DNA of 64,000 nt. Origin: Roseiarcus sp. (GTDB lineage Bacteria > Pseudomonadota > Alphaproteobacteria > Rhizobiales > Beijerinckiaceae). The DNA lies in assembly GCA_036513315.1 (NCBI GenBank), contig DATBZF010000031.1, positions 65,304 to 129,303 of the forward strand. Direction: 5' to 3'. The first letter of the stretch is position 1. Every line of letters begins with the position of its first letter. Below are positions 27,434 to 36,513 of the stretch, piece after piece. The translations under genes and the position numbers were made by a program. The notes under the pieces were generated by a model. It worked only from the letters and a program-made list of their open reading frames with translations, had not been told where the DNA came from and made no database searches.

Positions 27434-28491
27434 GACGCGCCCCCCGGCCGGGCGGCTGCGGAAGCCTTTTTCGGATGCGAAAGACCGCCGCAGCCGCAGG
27501 ACGTCCTCATGACGAGCTTCGGCTTCAGTCGGATCGTTCTGGCATTGCCCTCCGGCGCGCCGATTCGCTTGATCAGCAGCGAAGCAGCCTCGCGGCCGAT
27601 TTCCCGGCAGGGCTGCGCGATGACCGTCAGGCGCGGTTCGAAATAATCAGCCCATTCGAAATCGTCGAAGCCGACGAGCGCGACATCGTCCGGCACGCGC
27701 AAGCCCAGTTCGCGCAGCGCATGCATCGCTCCGATCGTCGTCAGATTGTTGCCGGCGGCGAGCGCCGTCGGCGGATCGGCGAGTTCGAACAGTTTGCGCG
27801 TCGCTCGATCGGCTGATTCGGTGCTGGCGCTGCCAGGAGCCAAAAGCGCTTCATCATAGGCGAGCCCATTCGCCTTCAGCGCAGCTTTGTAGCCTTCGAT
27901 GCGTTCGCGCGCCGTGGAAAAGCCTGACGGTCCGGCGATGAATCCGATCCTTCTATGGCCATGCGAAGCCAGATGGGCGACCAGAAGCTGCATCGCGCTT
28001 TTGTTCTGCACGCCGACCTGATCGAAGCGTGGCGAGACGAAGCGATCGACCAGAACGAAGGGAATGCGATTGTCGCTGAGATAATTGACCGCCCGGCAGT
28101 CCGGATCGGCTGACGCCGCCAGGATGATGCCATCGACGCGGCGCTGATGCAGCGCCTCTACGACTTTCAACTCCTGCGCGGGATCGTCCTGAGTGTCGGA
28201 GAGGAACACCATCAGGCCGAGGCGCGCGCATTCGGCCTCGATTGCGCAGACGATGTCGGAAAAGTAGGGATTTGAGATCACCGACATGGCGATGCCGACG
28301 CTGTCGGTCGAGGCGCGTTTCAGCGAGCGGGCGAGCGCGTTGGGCCGGAAGCGGACAAAGGCGATCGCTTCTTCGACGAGACGGGCGGTGTCGGCGTTCA
28401 CATGCCGCGTGCGGTTGACGACATGCGAGACGGTGGAGACGGAAACGCCGGCGCGGCGCGCGACGTCAACGATCGTCGCCATCGGAGACAA
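27430..28491 (-). CDS. LacI-family transcriptional regulator
   Basis: 353 aa. N-terminal HTH (ATIVDVARRAGVSVSTVSHVVNRTRHVNADTARLVEEAI....RPNALARSLK) plus a periplasmic-binding-like effector domain. Its stop overlaps the ABC ATPase start (ATGA at 27430-27433). Confidence 0.92.
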   Translation of the reverse strand: MSPMATIVDVARRAGVSVSTVSHVVNRTRHVNADTARLVEEAIAFVRFRPNALARSLKRASTDSVGIAMSVISNPYFSDIVCAIEAECARLGLMVFLSDTQDDPAQELKVVEALHQRRVDGIILAASADPDCRAVNYLSDNRIPFVLVDRFVSPRFDQVGVQNKSAMQLLVAHLASHGHRRIGFIAGPSGFSTARERIEGYKAALKANGLAYDEALLAPGSASTESADRATRKLFELADPPTALAAGNNLTTIGAMHALRELGLRVPDDVALVGFDDFEWADYFEPRLTVIAQPCREIGREAASLLIKRIGAPEGNARTIRLKPKLVMRTSCGCGGLSHPKKASAAARPGGAS

Positions 28492-28617
28492 TTCCGCGCG
28501 CGATTGACGGCGGCCCGATGCCCAGAGGCATGGCGCGTCTCCTCTCCCTGAAGACCCGGCGTTTCACAAAGAATGTGATCGGCGGGATGCTAATTTATGG
28601 TTAGGCTATCGTCATCG

Positions 28618-28637
28618 AAACATTTGCGCAAGCGTTT
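28618..28637. promoter_or_regulatory. Candidate LacI-type operator (imperfect 20-bp palindrome)
   Basis: AAACAT-TTGCGCAA-GCGTTT has a perfectly palindromic TTGCGCAA core and AAAC/GTTT outer arms. It lies about 130 bp upstream of the lacI-family gene start. A second GAAAC-N14-GTTTC arrangement occurs at 29146-29169. Confidence 0.3.
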
Positions 28638-28773
28638 TCCTGCCGCGGCAAATACGTTGTCGCCGAGCGCGCGCGGCCGTCTTGCATGGGGCGGGAATGA
28701 CGCCGGGCCGCCGCTGCGGGATTGTCAAAACGAAGCCTTCAAAGGCGCGCGCAATCGCCTCGCATGTCGATCG

Positions 28774-29031
28774 TCACATCGCGAACGTCGTGCGGCGCGT
28801 GTCGATGAACGGGCAGCCGGTCGCGATCGGTTCGCTGGTGGTCGGCGGGAATCTGTCGGACCAGAAAAGCTGGCAAATATGCATGCCGGAACAACATTGT
28901 GGGAAGCCGAACGAATTGTCCTGGAAGGGCAGCGCGTCCACATCGATATAGGGTTTCTTTTCGATGATCACGACTTCCCGCTCGATGCGCGCGCAATCAT
29001 AGCCGATCGGATTCAACAGCCATTTGACCAT
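28774..29031 (-). CDS. Hypothetical small Cys-rich protein
   Basis: 85 aa (MVKWLLNPIGYDCARIEREVVIIEKKPYIDVD...PQCCSGMHICQLFW...). Third-codon positions are GC-rich with host-like codons (ggc, atc, gcg, ccg), unlike the overlapping alternative frames. I recognise no family. Confidence 0.4.
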   Translation of the reverse strand: MVKWLLNPIGYDCARIEREVVIIEKKPYIDVDALPFQDNSFGFPQCCSGMHICQLFWSDRFPPTTSEPIATGCPFIDTRRTTFAM

Positions 29032-29391
29032 TGTCTATCCACCCAAGCTGGTCAGCCCCTCTCCGGGATGAGCGCCCGGTCGCCCAGGGTTCAACGCGCG
29101 ACACGCTCAAAGATTCACAACAACGCTATCAAAAAGTGCTATATTGAAACGTGATTACCAAATGGTTTCCGATTTGTCAATATCGCGTCTGCCAAAGCCT
29201 CGTTGCCGGCGGTTTCTTCGGTAGCGGGATCGTCCGAGCAGGATACGCGGTCGAACGGCTCAAATGCGCAACAGGCGCGGGAAACCTTGCGTCCAGGCGC
29301 GTCGAGCGCGGCGCCCCAAAGGCAAACGCTTTTCTGTTTCCTTTTTCTGTTCTGGCGCCATTTTAGGCGGCGGAACGTTTCTCTTGCCGGC

Positions 29392-30423
29392 ATGGCGGAT
29401 ATGAACAACAGGGCATGGGCGCTTCGCGGCGGCTTCGGCGTCGACCGGCTGACGTTGGAAGAGCGCCCCATTCGCCAACCCGGCTTTGGCGAAGCGCGGG
29501 TGCGCGTCGAATGGGTCAGCCTCAATCGGCGCGACCTGCTGCTCGTCGAGGGCGTCTATAACCCTAAGCAGGCGCTGCCGATCGTTCCCTGTTCCGATGG
29601 CGCGGGCGTGGTCGAGGCGCTGGGCCCCGGATGCGAAAAGCTGCAAATCGGCGACCGCGTCGTCGTCCATTTCTTTCCCGGCTGGATCGCCGGCGAACCC
29701 GACATGGTCAAGCTCGCCACAGCGCTGGGCGGCCCCGGCGGCGACGGAACGCTGCAGCAGACGCTTGTCATCGACGAGCAGGCGCTGGTTCGCCTGCCCG
29801 AGGCCATTTCGACTGAGGCCGCGGCGACCTTGCCCTGCGCGGCGCTGACCGCCTGGTCGGCGATCGTCGAGCAGGGCGGCGTCCGGCCAGGCTCGGTCGT
29901 GCTGACCCAGGGCTCCGGCGGCGTCTCGCTGTTCGCGCTGCAATTTGCCAAAATGTCGGGCGCGCGCGTCATTGCAACGACTTCGAGCCAGGACAAGGCG
30001 CTGAGGTTAAGCGCGCTCGGCGCCGACGCCGTCGTCAATTATCGCGCCGAGCCCGACTGGCCGCGCCGGGCGCGCGAACTTGCCGGCGGCCCGATCGACC
30101 TCATCGTCGAGGTCGGCGGCGCCGATACGCTCGACGCTTCCCTGCGTCTCATTCGTCCCGGCGGAACGATCGCGCTGATCGGCGTTCTCTCCGGCGCCAA
30201 AGCTGTGATCAACCTGCCGCTCGCCGTGATGCGTCAGGTGCGCCTGCAAGGCGTCACCTGCGGCCATCGCGAGAATTTCGAAGCGATGCTGCGCGCCATC
30301 GCCGCCCATGGAATCGATCCCGTCATTTCGCATCGCTTTGGCTTCGCCGAGTCGCGCGAGGCTTTCGCCTGCATGGCCGGCAATGCGCATGTCGGCAAGA
30401 TCGTGGTGGAGATGGCGGGATAG
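29392..30423 (+). CDS. Zinc-type/MDR-superfamily NAD(P)-dependent oxidoreductase (quinone oxidoreductase-like)
   Basis: The start is taken at ATG 29392 (MADMNNRAWALRGGFGVDRLTLEERP...). Motifs: VEWVSLNRRDLLLVEGVY, PCSDGAGVVEALG, and a Rossmann GSGGVSLFALQFAKMSGARVI. The track start at 29203 adds an implausible Arg/Ser-rich leader. Confidence 0.88.
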   Translation: MADMNNRAWALRGGFGVDRLTLEERPIRQPGFGEARVRVEWVSLNRRDLLLVEGVYNPKQALPIVPCSDGAGVVEALGPGCEKLQIGDRVVVHFFPGWIAGEPDMVKLATALGGPGGDGTLQQTLVIDEQALVRLPEAISTEAAATLPCAALTAWSAIVEQGGVRPGSVVLTQGSGGVSLFALQFAKMSGARVIATTSSQDKALRLSALGADAVVNYRAEPDWPRRARELAGGPIDLIVEVGGADTLDASLRLIRPGGTIALIGVLSGAKAVINLPLAVMRQVRLQGVTCGHRENFEAMLRAIAAHGIDPVISHRFGFAESREAFACMAGNAHVGKIVVEMAG

Positions 30424-30701
30424 GGTCAGTATCAGGGCGTTCGACAGAAACAAAATCAGACTCGTCGGGGCGTCTTTTGCAAAAAGCGCAAAACGCATCC
30501 ATTATTCGACTTACAAAGGAGATCGCCTTGCGAGTTTGGGCGCAATATTTCTCCTCTCGCCTTGATTGAATTGTGCGCTCCGGCACAATCGGCCTGTCGA
30601 AAGGGGGCGTCTTGCGCGCGCGAGGGTATTGACGCCGCGTGACTCAGCGGCTTTGAGCCGAAGCCTAAGTTTGGGATAATTTCGTGAGCGGAGGTGGCCC
30701 G

Positions 30702-31976
30702 ATGGGCGTGACATGCGAAGAGTCAGTTCAAGACTCCATAGGCGGTCTCATTCTGCAATCGCGGCGTGACGCCGCTGGCCGTCGATACCGGGGGTTCTTC
30801 GCTGCCGGCGCTTTGATGTGCGGCGTTTTGCTCGCCGGTTGCAATTCCTCCAACGTCTACGTCCCGCCGCCGCCGGCAAAAGTCGTGGTCGCGCAGCCGG
30901 TCCAGAAGCCGGTCACCACCTATCTCGAGCTCACCGGCAATACCGCGCCAGTCAACTCCGTCGATCTCGTGGCGCGCGTTCAGGGATATCTTGAATCGAT
31001 CAACTATGCGGACGGCGCCAAGGTTACGAAAGGAACGCTACTCTTTGGCATTGAGCGGGACACTTATCAGGCCCAGCTCGATCAGGGCAAGGCGACGCTC
31101 GCTTCAAATCAGGCCACGCTTGCCTACAACGAGTCGGAATATCAGCGGCAGGTGACTCTCGCCAAGCAGGATTACGCCAGCCAGGCTGTGATGGAGAACT
31201 GGAGAGCGCAGCGCGACCAAGCCGCCGCCAACGTGCTCAACGCCAAGGCGTCCATCGAACTCGCCACCATCAACCTCGGCTACACGCAGGTGCTGGCTCC
31301 GTTCGATGGCGTCGTCACCCATCATCTCGTCGATCTCGGCTCGCTGGTCGGTGTTAGCGGACCGACCAAGCTCGCGACCATTATTCAGACCGATCCGATC
31401 TGGGTCTATTTCAATTTGAGCGAGCCGCAGGTTCTGGCGATCAAGGAGAGCAACGCCAAGGCGGGCCTTCCGTTCAGGACGACGGACCTGTCGAGCATTC
31501 CGGTCGAAATCGGTCTGCAGGGCGAGGAGGGCTATCCTCACAAGGGGCATATGGACTACGCCTCGCCGCAGGTGGACACGTCTACCGGCGCCCTTCTGGT
31601 GCGCGCCGTGCTCGACAACAAGGACCAGGCCGTGCTGCCTGGCCTGTTCGCGCGGGTTCGCACGCCGATCGCGCAACAAAACACAGCTCTGCTGATGCGG
31701 GATGATGCGATCGGGACGAGTCAGGAGGGCAAATATGTCCTGGTGGTCGGTCCGGACAATATTGTTCGGCGCAAGGTCGTGGAAGTTGGACAGCGCGAGG
31801 GACGACTTCGGATCATCGTATCCGGGCTCGATCCCGGCGACCTGGTGGTGGTCGAAGGCATTCAGCGCGCCTTTCCCGGCGCCAAGGTCGATCCGCAAAA
31901 AATCGACCTGACGTCGGCTGCGGCCGATCCATCCGACGCCGCCAAGCCGGGCGTCGCCGCTCCATCGCCGAAATGA
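30702..31976 (+). CDS. RND efflux periplasmic adaptor (membrane fusion protein, HlyD/AcrA family)
   Basis: Lipobox LLAGC. Motifs: ELTGNTAPVNSVDLVARVQGYL, coiled-coil hairpin, INLGYTQVLAPFDGVV. The ATG at 30702 has a GGAGG 7 nt upstream; the track start (GTG 30684) is also possible. Confidence 0.9.
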   Translation: MGVTCEESVQDSIGGLILQSRRDAAGRRYRGFFAAGALMCGVLLAGCNSSNVYVPPPPAKVVVAQPVQKPVTTYLELTGNTAPVNSVDLVARVQGYLESINYADGAKVTKGTLLFGIERDTYQAQLDQGKATLASNQATLAYNESEYQRQVTLAKQDYASQAVMENWRAQRDQAAANVLNAKASIELATINLGYTQVLAPFDGVVTHHLVDLGSLVGVSGPTKLATIIQTDPIWVYFNLSEPQVLAIKESNAKAGLPFRTTDLSSIPVEIGLQGEEGYPHKGHMDYASPQVDTSTGALLVRAVLDNKDQAVLPGLFARVRTPIAQQNTALLMRDDAIGTSQEGKYVLVVGPDNIVRRKVVEVGQREGRLRIIVSGLDPGDLVVVEGIQRAFPGAKVDPQKIDLTSAAADPSDAAKPGVAAPSPK

Positions 31977-31995
31977 ATTCTCGAGGCAGACCGGC

Positions 31996-34900
31996 ATGAT
32001 CTCCCGCTTTTTCATTGCAAGACCGGTGCTGTCAAACGTGCTGGCGTTGGTCTTCATCCTGATCGGCTTGGTCGCGCTCATCCAGTTGCCGACTTCGCAA
32101 TATCCCAATGTCGTTCCACCGACGGTGCAGGTGACGACGCGATATCCGGGGGCTAGCGCCAGGACCCTGGTCGACACCGTCGCCCTGCCGCTCGAGCAGA
32201 ACGTCAACGGCGTCGAACACATGCTCTACATGCAGTCGACGAGCGCGGACGACGGCACCTACACGCTCGTTGTCACATTCGCCATCGGGACGGACCCCGA
32301 CGAGGACGAAATCCTGGTGCAGAACCGCGTTTCGGCGGCGATTTCCTCGCTCCCGCTGGAAGTCCAGGTCCAGGGCGTGACGACGAAGAAGAAGTCGACC
32401 TCGATTCTGGAATATGTCGCGTTGGTTTCGCCCGACGGCCGCTTCGACAGTTTGTTCTTGTCGAACTACGCCGTGATCAACGTGGTGAACGAGCTTGAGC
32501 GCCTGCCCGGCGTCGGCGATGTGGCAGTCCTCGGCGCCGGGCAATATGCGATGCGCGTATGGATGAATCCGGACCTGCTTCAATCGCGCGGCTTGACGCC
32601 GCAAGACGTCATCAACGTCATCCAGCAGCAGAGCCAGGAAGTCGCCGCCGGGCAAGTCGGCGCGCCGCCCGCGCCAAAAGGCCAGGATTTCCAATATACT
32701 TTGAATCTCAAAGGGCGACTTGACGATCCCGCCGAGTTCGAGAACATCATCGTCAAAGTCGATTCCGCCAACGGCGGACGCATCACCCGAATCCGCGACA
32801 TCGGACACGTCGAGCTCGGCGCCCAAACCTATAGCACATCGTTTGTTTACGACGGCAAGCCGGCCGCCGGGATTGGCATCTCCCTGTTGCCGGGCGCCAA
32901 CGCAATCGCGGCGGCCGACAAGGTCAAGGCGAAAATGGACGAGCTCGCCAAGAGCTTTCCGGAGGGCCTCGCTTACGTCACGCCCTATGACACGACGAAA
33001 TTCGTCAGGGCGGCGATCACCGAGGTTTATTGGACGCTGTTCGAAGCCCTCATTCTGGTGCTCGTCGTCATTATGATCTTCCTGCAGGACTGGCGAGCCA
33101 TGCTGGTGCCGGCGACGACGGTGCCGGTGACGATTTTCGGCGCCTTCGCCGCCATGGCCGCGCTTGGTTTTTCGATCAATCTCCCGACGCTCTTTGCGCT
33201 CATACTTGCGATCGGCATCGTTGTCGACGACGCCATCGTCATCGTGGAGGGCGTCTCGAGATATGTCGAGCAAGGCCTCTCCGGCCGCGAGGCGGCTGGC
33301 AAAGCGATGGACGACCTCACCGGTCCCGTGATCGGCATCACTCTGGTGCTGATGTCGGTTTTCATCCCCGCTGCTTTCCTTCCGGGACTGACCGGGCAAA
33401 TCTACCGACAATTCGCCCTGGTCATCGCGGCGACCGCCGTCATCAGCGCCATCAACGCCATGACTTTGAAGCCCACCCAAAGTGCGCTGTGGCTGAGGCC
33501 GCCGACGCCGGGCGCCCGGCCGAACTTCTTCACGCGGGGTTTCAATGCGGTGTATGGCCCCGCCGAGCGCGGATACGCGCGCCTCATGGGCGCGATGACG
33601 CGCCGCGCCGGCGTCATGGTGCTGCTCGCGCTGGTTATGGTCGGCGGCGCCATCTGGGCGCTGACCCGCGTCCCCACTGCGTTTCTGCCGACCGAGGATC
33701 AGGGCTATCTGATCGCTGTCGCACAACTGCCCGACGGAGCCTCCAAGGAGCGCACCGATGCAGTGATGCAAAAGATTTCAAAGATTGCCGGGGCTGTGCC
33801 CGGCGTCGACCACGTTGTGGCCGTCGGCGGCATATCGATATTCGACAACCTTGCGAGCCTCGCCAACGCTGGCGTGGCCTTTGTCATCCTGAAGGACTGG
33901 GACGTGCGCCTTAAGGAAACCGGACAGGACGTTCGCACGATAGCGCAGCGGCTGAACGGCGCGCTGCAGGGCGTACCCGAAGCCATCACATTCGCGCTGC
34001 CGCCACCGCCGATCCAGGGCATCGGCAATGTCGGCGGCTTCACCATGCAGGCCGAAATCAAGAACGGCGATTTCGACTACGCATTGTTGCAGAGCCTGAC
34101 CAACACTTTGGTCGGCGACGCCAACGCGCAATCCGCTTTGCAAAGGGTCGCCACCACCTACCGGGCGGGTGCGCCGCAATTGACGGTCGTTGTCGATCGA
34201 ATCAAGGCGGAGACGCTCGGCATCACGGTGGGACAGGTGTTCGCCGTCATTTCAGGCTATGTCGGATCGAACTACGTCGCCCAGTTCAACAAGTTCGGTC
34301 ACGTTTTCCAGATCTATACCCAGGCTGAGTCGCAATTTCGCGCCAGCGCCGACGATATTCGAACGCTCAAGGTCAAGGCGGGCGACGGCAACATGACCCA
34401 GATCGGCACCGTGATCGACGTCCAAGAGGTCCAGGGCCCGCCGCTTATCAGTCTCTACAATCTTTATCCGTCGTCGACGATCATCGGCGGCGCCGCGCCC
34501 GGCTTCAGTTCCGGCCAGGCGCTCAACCTCATGGAGCAGATCGGCGCCCAGGCCCTTCCGAAGGGCACGGGTTACGAATGGACCGCGATGTCCTATCAGG
34601 AAAAGGAGGTCGGCGCGCAGATCTATTTCGTCTTCGGCCTGGCGATTCTGCTCGTCTATTTCGTCCTCGCCGGCCAGTATGAGAGCTGGATACTGCCCTT
34701 GTCGGTGATCATGGCGGTGCCGCTGGCCCTGCTCGGAACCGTCGGTGCGCTGACCTATTTCGGCGCCACCAACATCGCCGCCAGCCAGAGCGGCGTCGCC
34801 GCCACCAATCTCTACACCCAGATCGGTCTCATCCTTCTGATCGCGCTCGGCGCCAAGAACGCCATCCTTATCGTCGAATACGCCCGCCAGCGGCGCGCCG

Positions 34901-35169
34901 AAGGCATGGAGATCGTCGCGGCGGCGGTCGAGGGCGCGCGGCTGAGGTTCCGGCCGATCATCATGACCTCTTTCGCGTTCATACTCGGCGTGCTGCCCCT
35001 CGTCCTCGCCACCGGCGCTGGCGCCTCGGCGCGCGCGTCGATCGGGATCGCGGTCTTCTTCGGCATGATCGCCTCGACCTGCCTGACGGTCGTGTTCGTG
35101 CCGTCCTTCTATGTGGTGATGCAGCGCTTCGAAGAACGGCGGAAACGCCCCACGGCGCCGAAGGTGTGA
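31996..35169 (+). CDS. RND multidrug/hydrophobe efflux pump (AcrB/MexB family)
   Basis: 1057 aa with 12-TM, two-large-loop architecture. MISRFFIARPVLSNVLALVFILIGL, AIGIVVDDAIVIVE, and a C-terminal RFRPIIMTSFAFILGVLPL. Confidence 0.95.
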   Translation: MISRFFIARPVLSNVLALVFILIGLVALIQLPTSQYPNVVPPTVQVTTRYPGASARTLVDTVALPLEQNVNGVEHMLYMQSTSADDGTYTLVVTFAIGTDPDEDEILVQNRVSAAISSLPLEVQVQGVTTKKKSTSILEYVALVSPDGRFDSLFLSNYAVINVVNELERLPGVGDVAVLGAGQYAMRVWMNPDLLQSRGLTPQDVINVIQQQSQEVAAGQVGAPPAPKGQDFQYTLNLKGRLDDPAEFENIIVKVDSANGGRITRIRDIGHVELGAQTYSTSFVYDGKPAAGIGISLLPGANAIAAADKVKAKMDELAKSFPEGLAYVTPYDTTKFVRAAITEVYWTLFEALILVLVVIMIFLQDWRAMLVPATTVPVTIFGAFAAMAALGFSINLPTLFALILAIGIVVDDAIVIVEGVSRYVEQGLSGREAAGKAMDDLTGPVIGITLVLMSVFIPAAFLPGLTGQIYRQFALVIAATAVISAINAMTLKPTQSALWLRPPTPGARPNFFTRGFNAVYGPAERGYARLMGAMTRRAGVMVLLALVMVGGAIWALTRVPTAFLPTEDQGYLIAVAQLPDGASKERTDAVMQKISKIAGAVPGVDHVVAVGGISIFDNLASLANAGVAFVILKDWDVRLKETGQDVRTIAQRLNGALQGVPEAITFALPPPPIQGIGNVGGFTMQAEIKNGDFDYALLQSLTNTLVGDANAQSALQRVATTYRAGAPQLTVVVDRIKAETLGITVGQVFAVISGYVGSNYVAQFNKFGHVFQIYTQAESQFRASADDIRTLKVKAGDGNMTQIGTVIDVQEVQGPPLISLYNLYPSSTIIGGAAPGFSSGQALNLMEQIGAQALPKGTGYEWTAMSYQEKEVGAQIYFVFGLAILLVYFVLAGQYESWILPLSVIMAVPLALLGTVGALTYFGATNIAASQSGVAATNLYTQIGLILLIALGAKNAILIVEYARQRRAEGMEIVAAAVEGARLRFRPIIMTSFAFILGVLPLVLATGAGASARASIGIAVFFGMIASTCLTVVFVPSFYVVMQRFEERRKRPTAPKV

Positions 35170-35314
35170 ATTGGCGTGACTTTTGACTGCCAGTCGGCGT
35201 CGAGGAGGAGCCGATCGATTTCGATGATATTTCTTCGTAAGCGTCTGCCTCGATCCGCCGCTGTGATTTGCACAGGAGACGCCCCGCGATTATCTCGCCG
35301 CTAAGGACTACGAT

Positions 35315-36391
35315 TCAGCGCCGTCGCGTTGGGCTCGGGATGCGGATTGGCAAGAGAAACGTCGCCGCGGCCATGCCCAATGCCCCGCCCAGAACAGTTT
35401 CCCAAGCGCGAGACGCCAGCAACGGAACGGAATGTACGCCGCTAATGGCGAGCGTCACCACCAGAACGAAAGCATATGCGGCGCAAGCTACATCGTAGCG
35501 TTCGGGCAGCGCCATCGCGTATATCATCATCGCCAGCGCAGCGAATGCCCAAATGACGAGCGGCCACGTATTTGACATCGGGAGACAGCATAACCCCAGC
35601 GAAACGCCGAACAAGGTGCCGACAATACGACGCCAAACGCGCTGGCGCGTTCCCGTGGCGGATCCCGCTATGACATAGGTCGAAGCCGTGATCGCCCAGG
35701 CCGACTCCGTTAGCCCCACCACGGCGTTTGCTAGAACGACGGCCACAGCGGCTGCCGCGGCCTGGAGGCCCATAGCCAGCTCGGGCTCGATTGCGCCCAC
35801 AGACACGGTCCTGCCGGGCGCAGGCGGCGGCTGCTCGGCCGGTCCGCTCAGAATGCGTGGAACAACCGCCGCCAGACCGGCGACTAAGCCGGCGCCCACA
35901 ATGGTCGGCCAGTCCGAGGCGCTGAGGCTCGCGGTATAGGCAAGCAACTGACCGATATAGATCTGCGAACCGACGCCGGCCGCCGTGAGGCCGAAACGTC
36001 GGAGGTAGCTGACCAGAAACGCTCCGGAGACCAGGGTCAACTCTGGACCCCATGGGCCGAGGCTCGTGAAGGGTACAGCAAACAGGACGAAGCTGAGTGC
36101 TCCCACAGCAGCGGAAGCTGAGAGGAGCGTGAGATCGCGGGACGATTCCAGGCGCGCGCCGCGCCCTTCCGAAACACTCGCCCATAGCGCGAAGCCGCCC
36201 GCCAGAGCTGGCAAAGCCGCGCGATCCGGCACGCCACGTGCGATATCGGCCATCGTGCCCATCATCGCCGCGAGAGCGTAGGCCGTTATCAGACGAAGTC
36301 CTTTAATTCGCCTTTGCGCCCCCGGGTCTACCTTCTCCAACCACACGACTGCTTTTCCCAGGAGATGGCAGTCGATACGATGCATTTTCAC
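35315..36391 (-). CDS. Polytopic membrane protein (FUSC/aromatic-acid-exporter-like)
   Basis: 358 aa, about 10 predicted hydrophobic helices, Ala/Gly/Leu-rich. The family call is tentative. Confidence 0.45.
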   Translation of the reverse strand: MKMHRIDCHLLGKAVVWLEKVDPGAQRRIKGLRLITAYALAAMMGTMADIARGVPDRAALPALAGGFALWASVSEGRGARLESSRDLTLLSASAAVGALSFVLFAVPFTSLGPWGPELTLVSGAFLVSYLRRFGLTAAGVGSQIYIGQLLAYTASLSASDWPTIVGAGLVAGLAAVVPRILSGPAEQPPPAPGRTVSVGAIEPELAMGLQAAAAAVAVVLANAVVGLTESAWAITASTYVIAGSATGTRQRVWRRIVGTLFGVSLGLCCLPMSNTWPLVIWAFAALAMMIYAMALPERYDVACAAYAFVLVVTLAISGVHSVPLLASRAWETVLGGALGMAAATFLLPIRIPSPTRRR

Positions 36392-36513
36392 TCCTCGTGC
36401 TCGTTGTGCGAGTTTCCTTCCGAGTCTTCAAAAGACGTTTCATCGTCAGGCGACGTGTCCTGTCACGCAACAATCCGAGCAGGCGCTGAATTCCCCGCCC
36501 CTTGTCGCCGTCT

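Noticed and set aside
29203-29391. Upstream extension of the MDR oxidoreductase ORF (track start 29203).
   Set aside because: The extra 63 aa are Ser/Arg/Phe-rich with no homology-like pattern, and they cross lower-GC intergenic DNA. The ATG at 29392 gives a standard MDR N-terminus.
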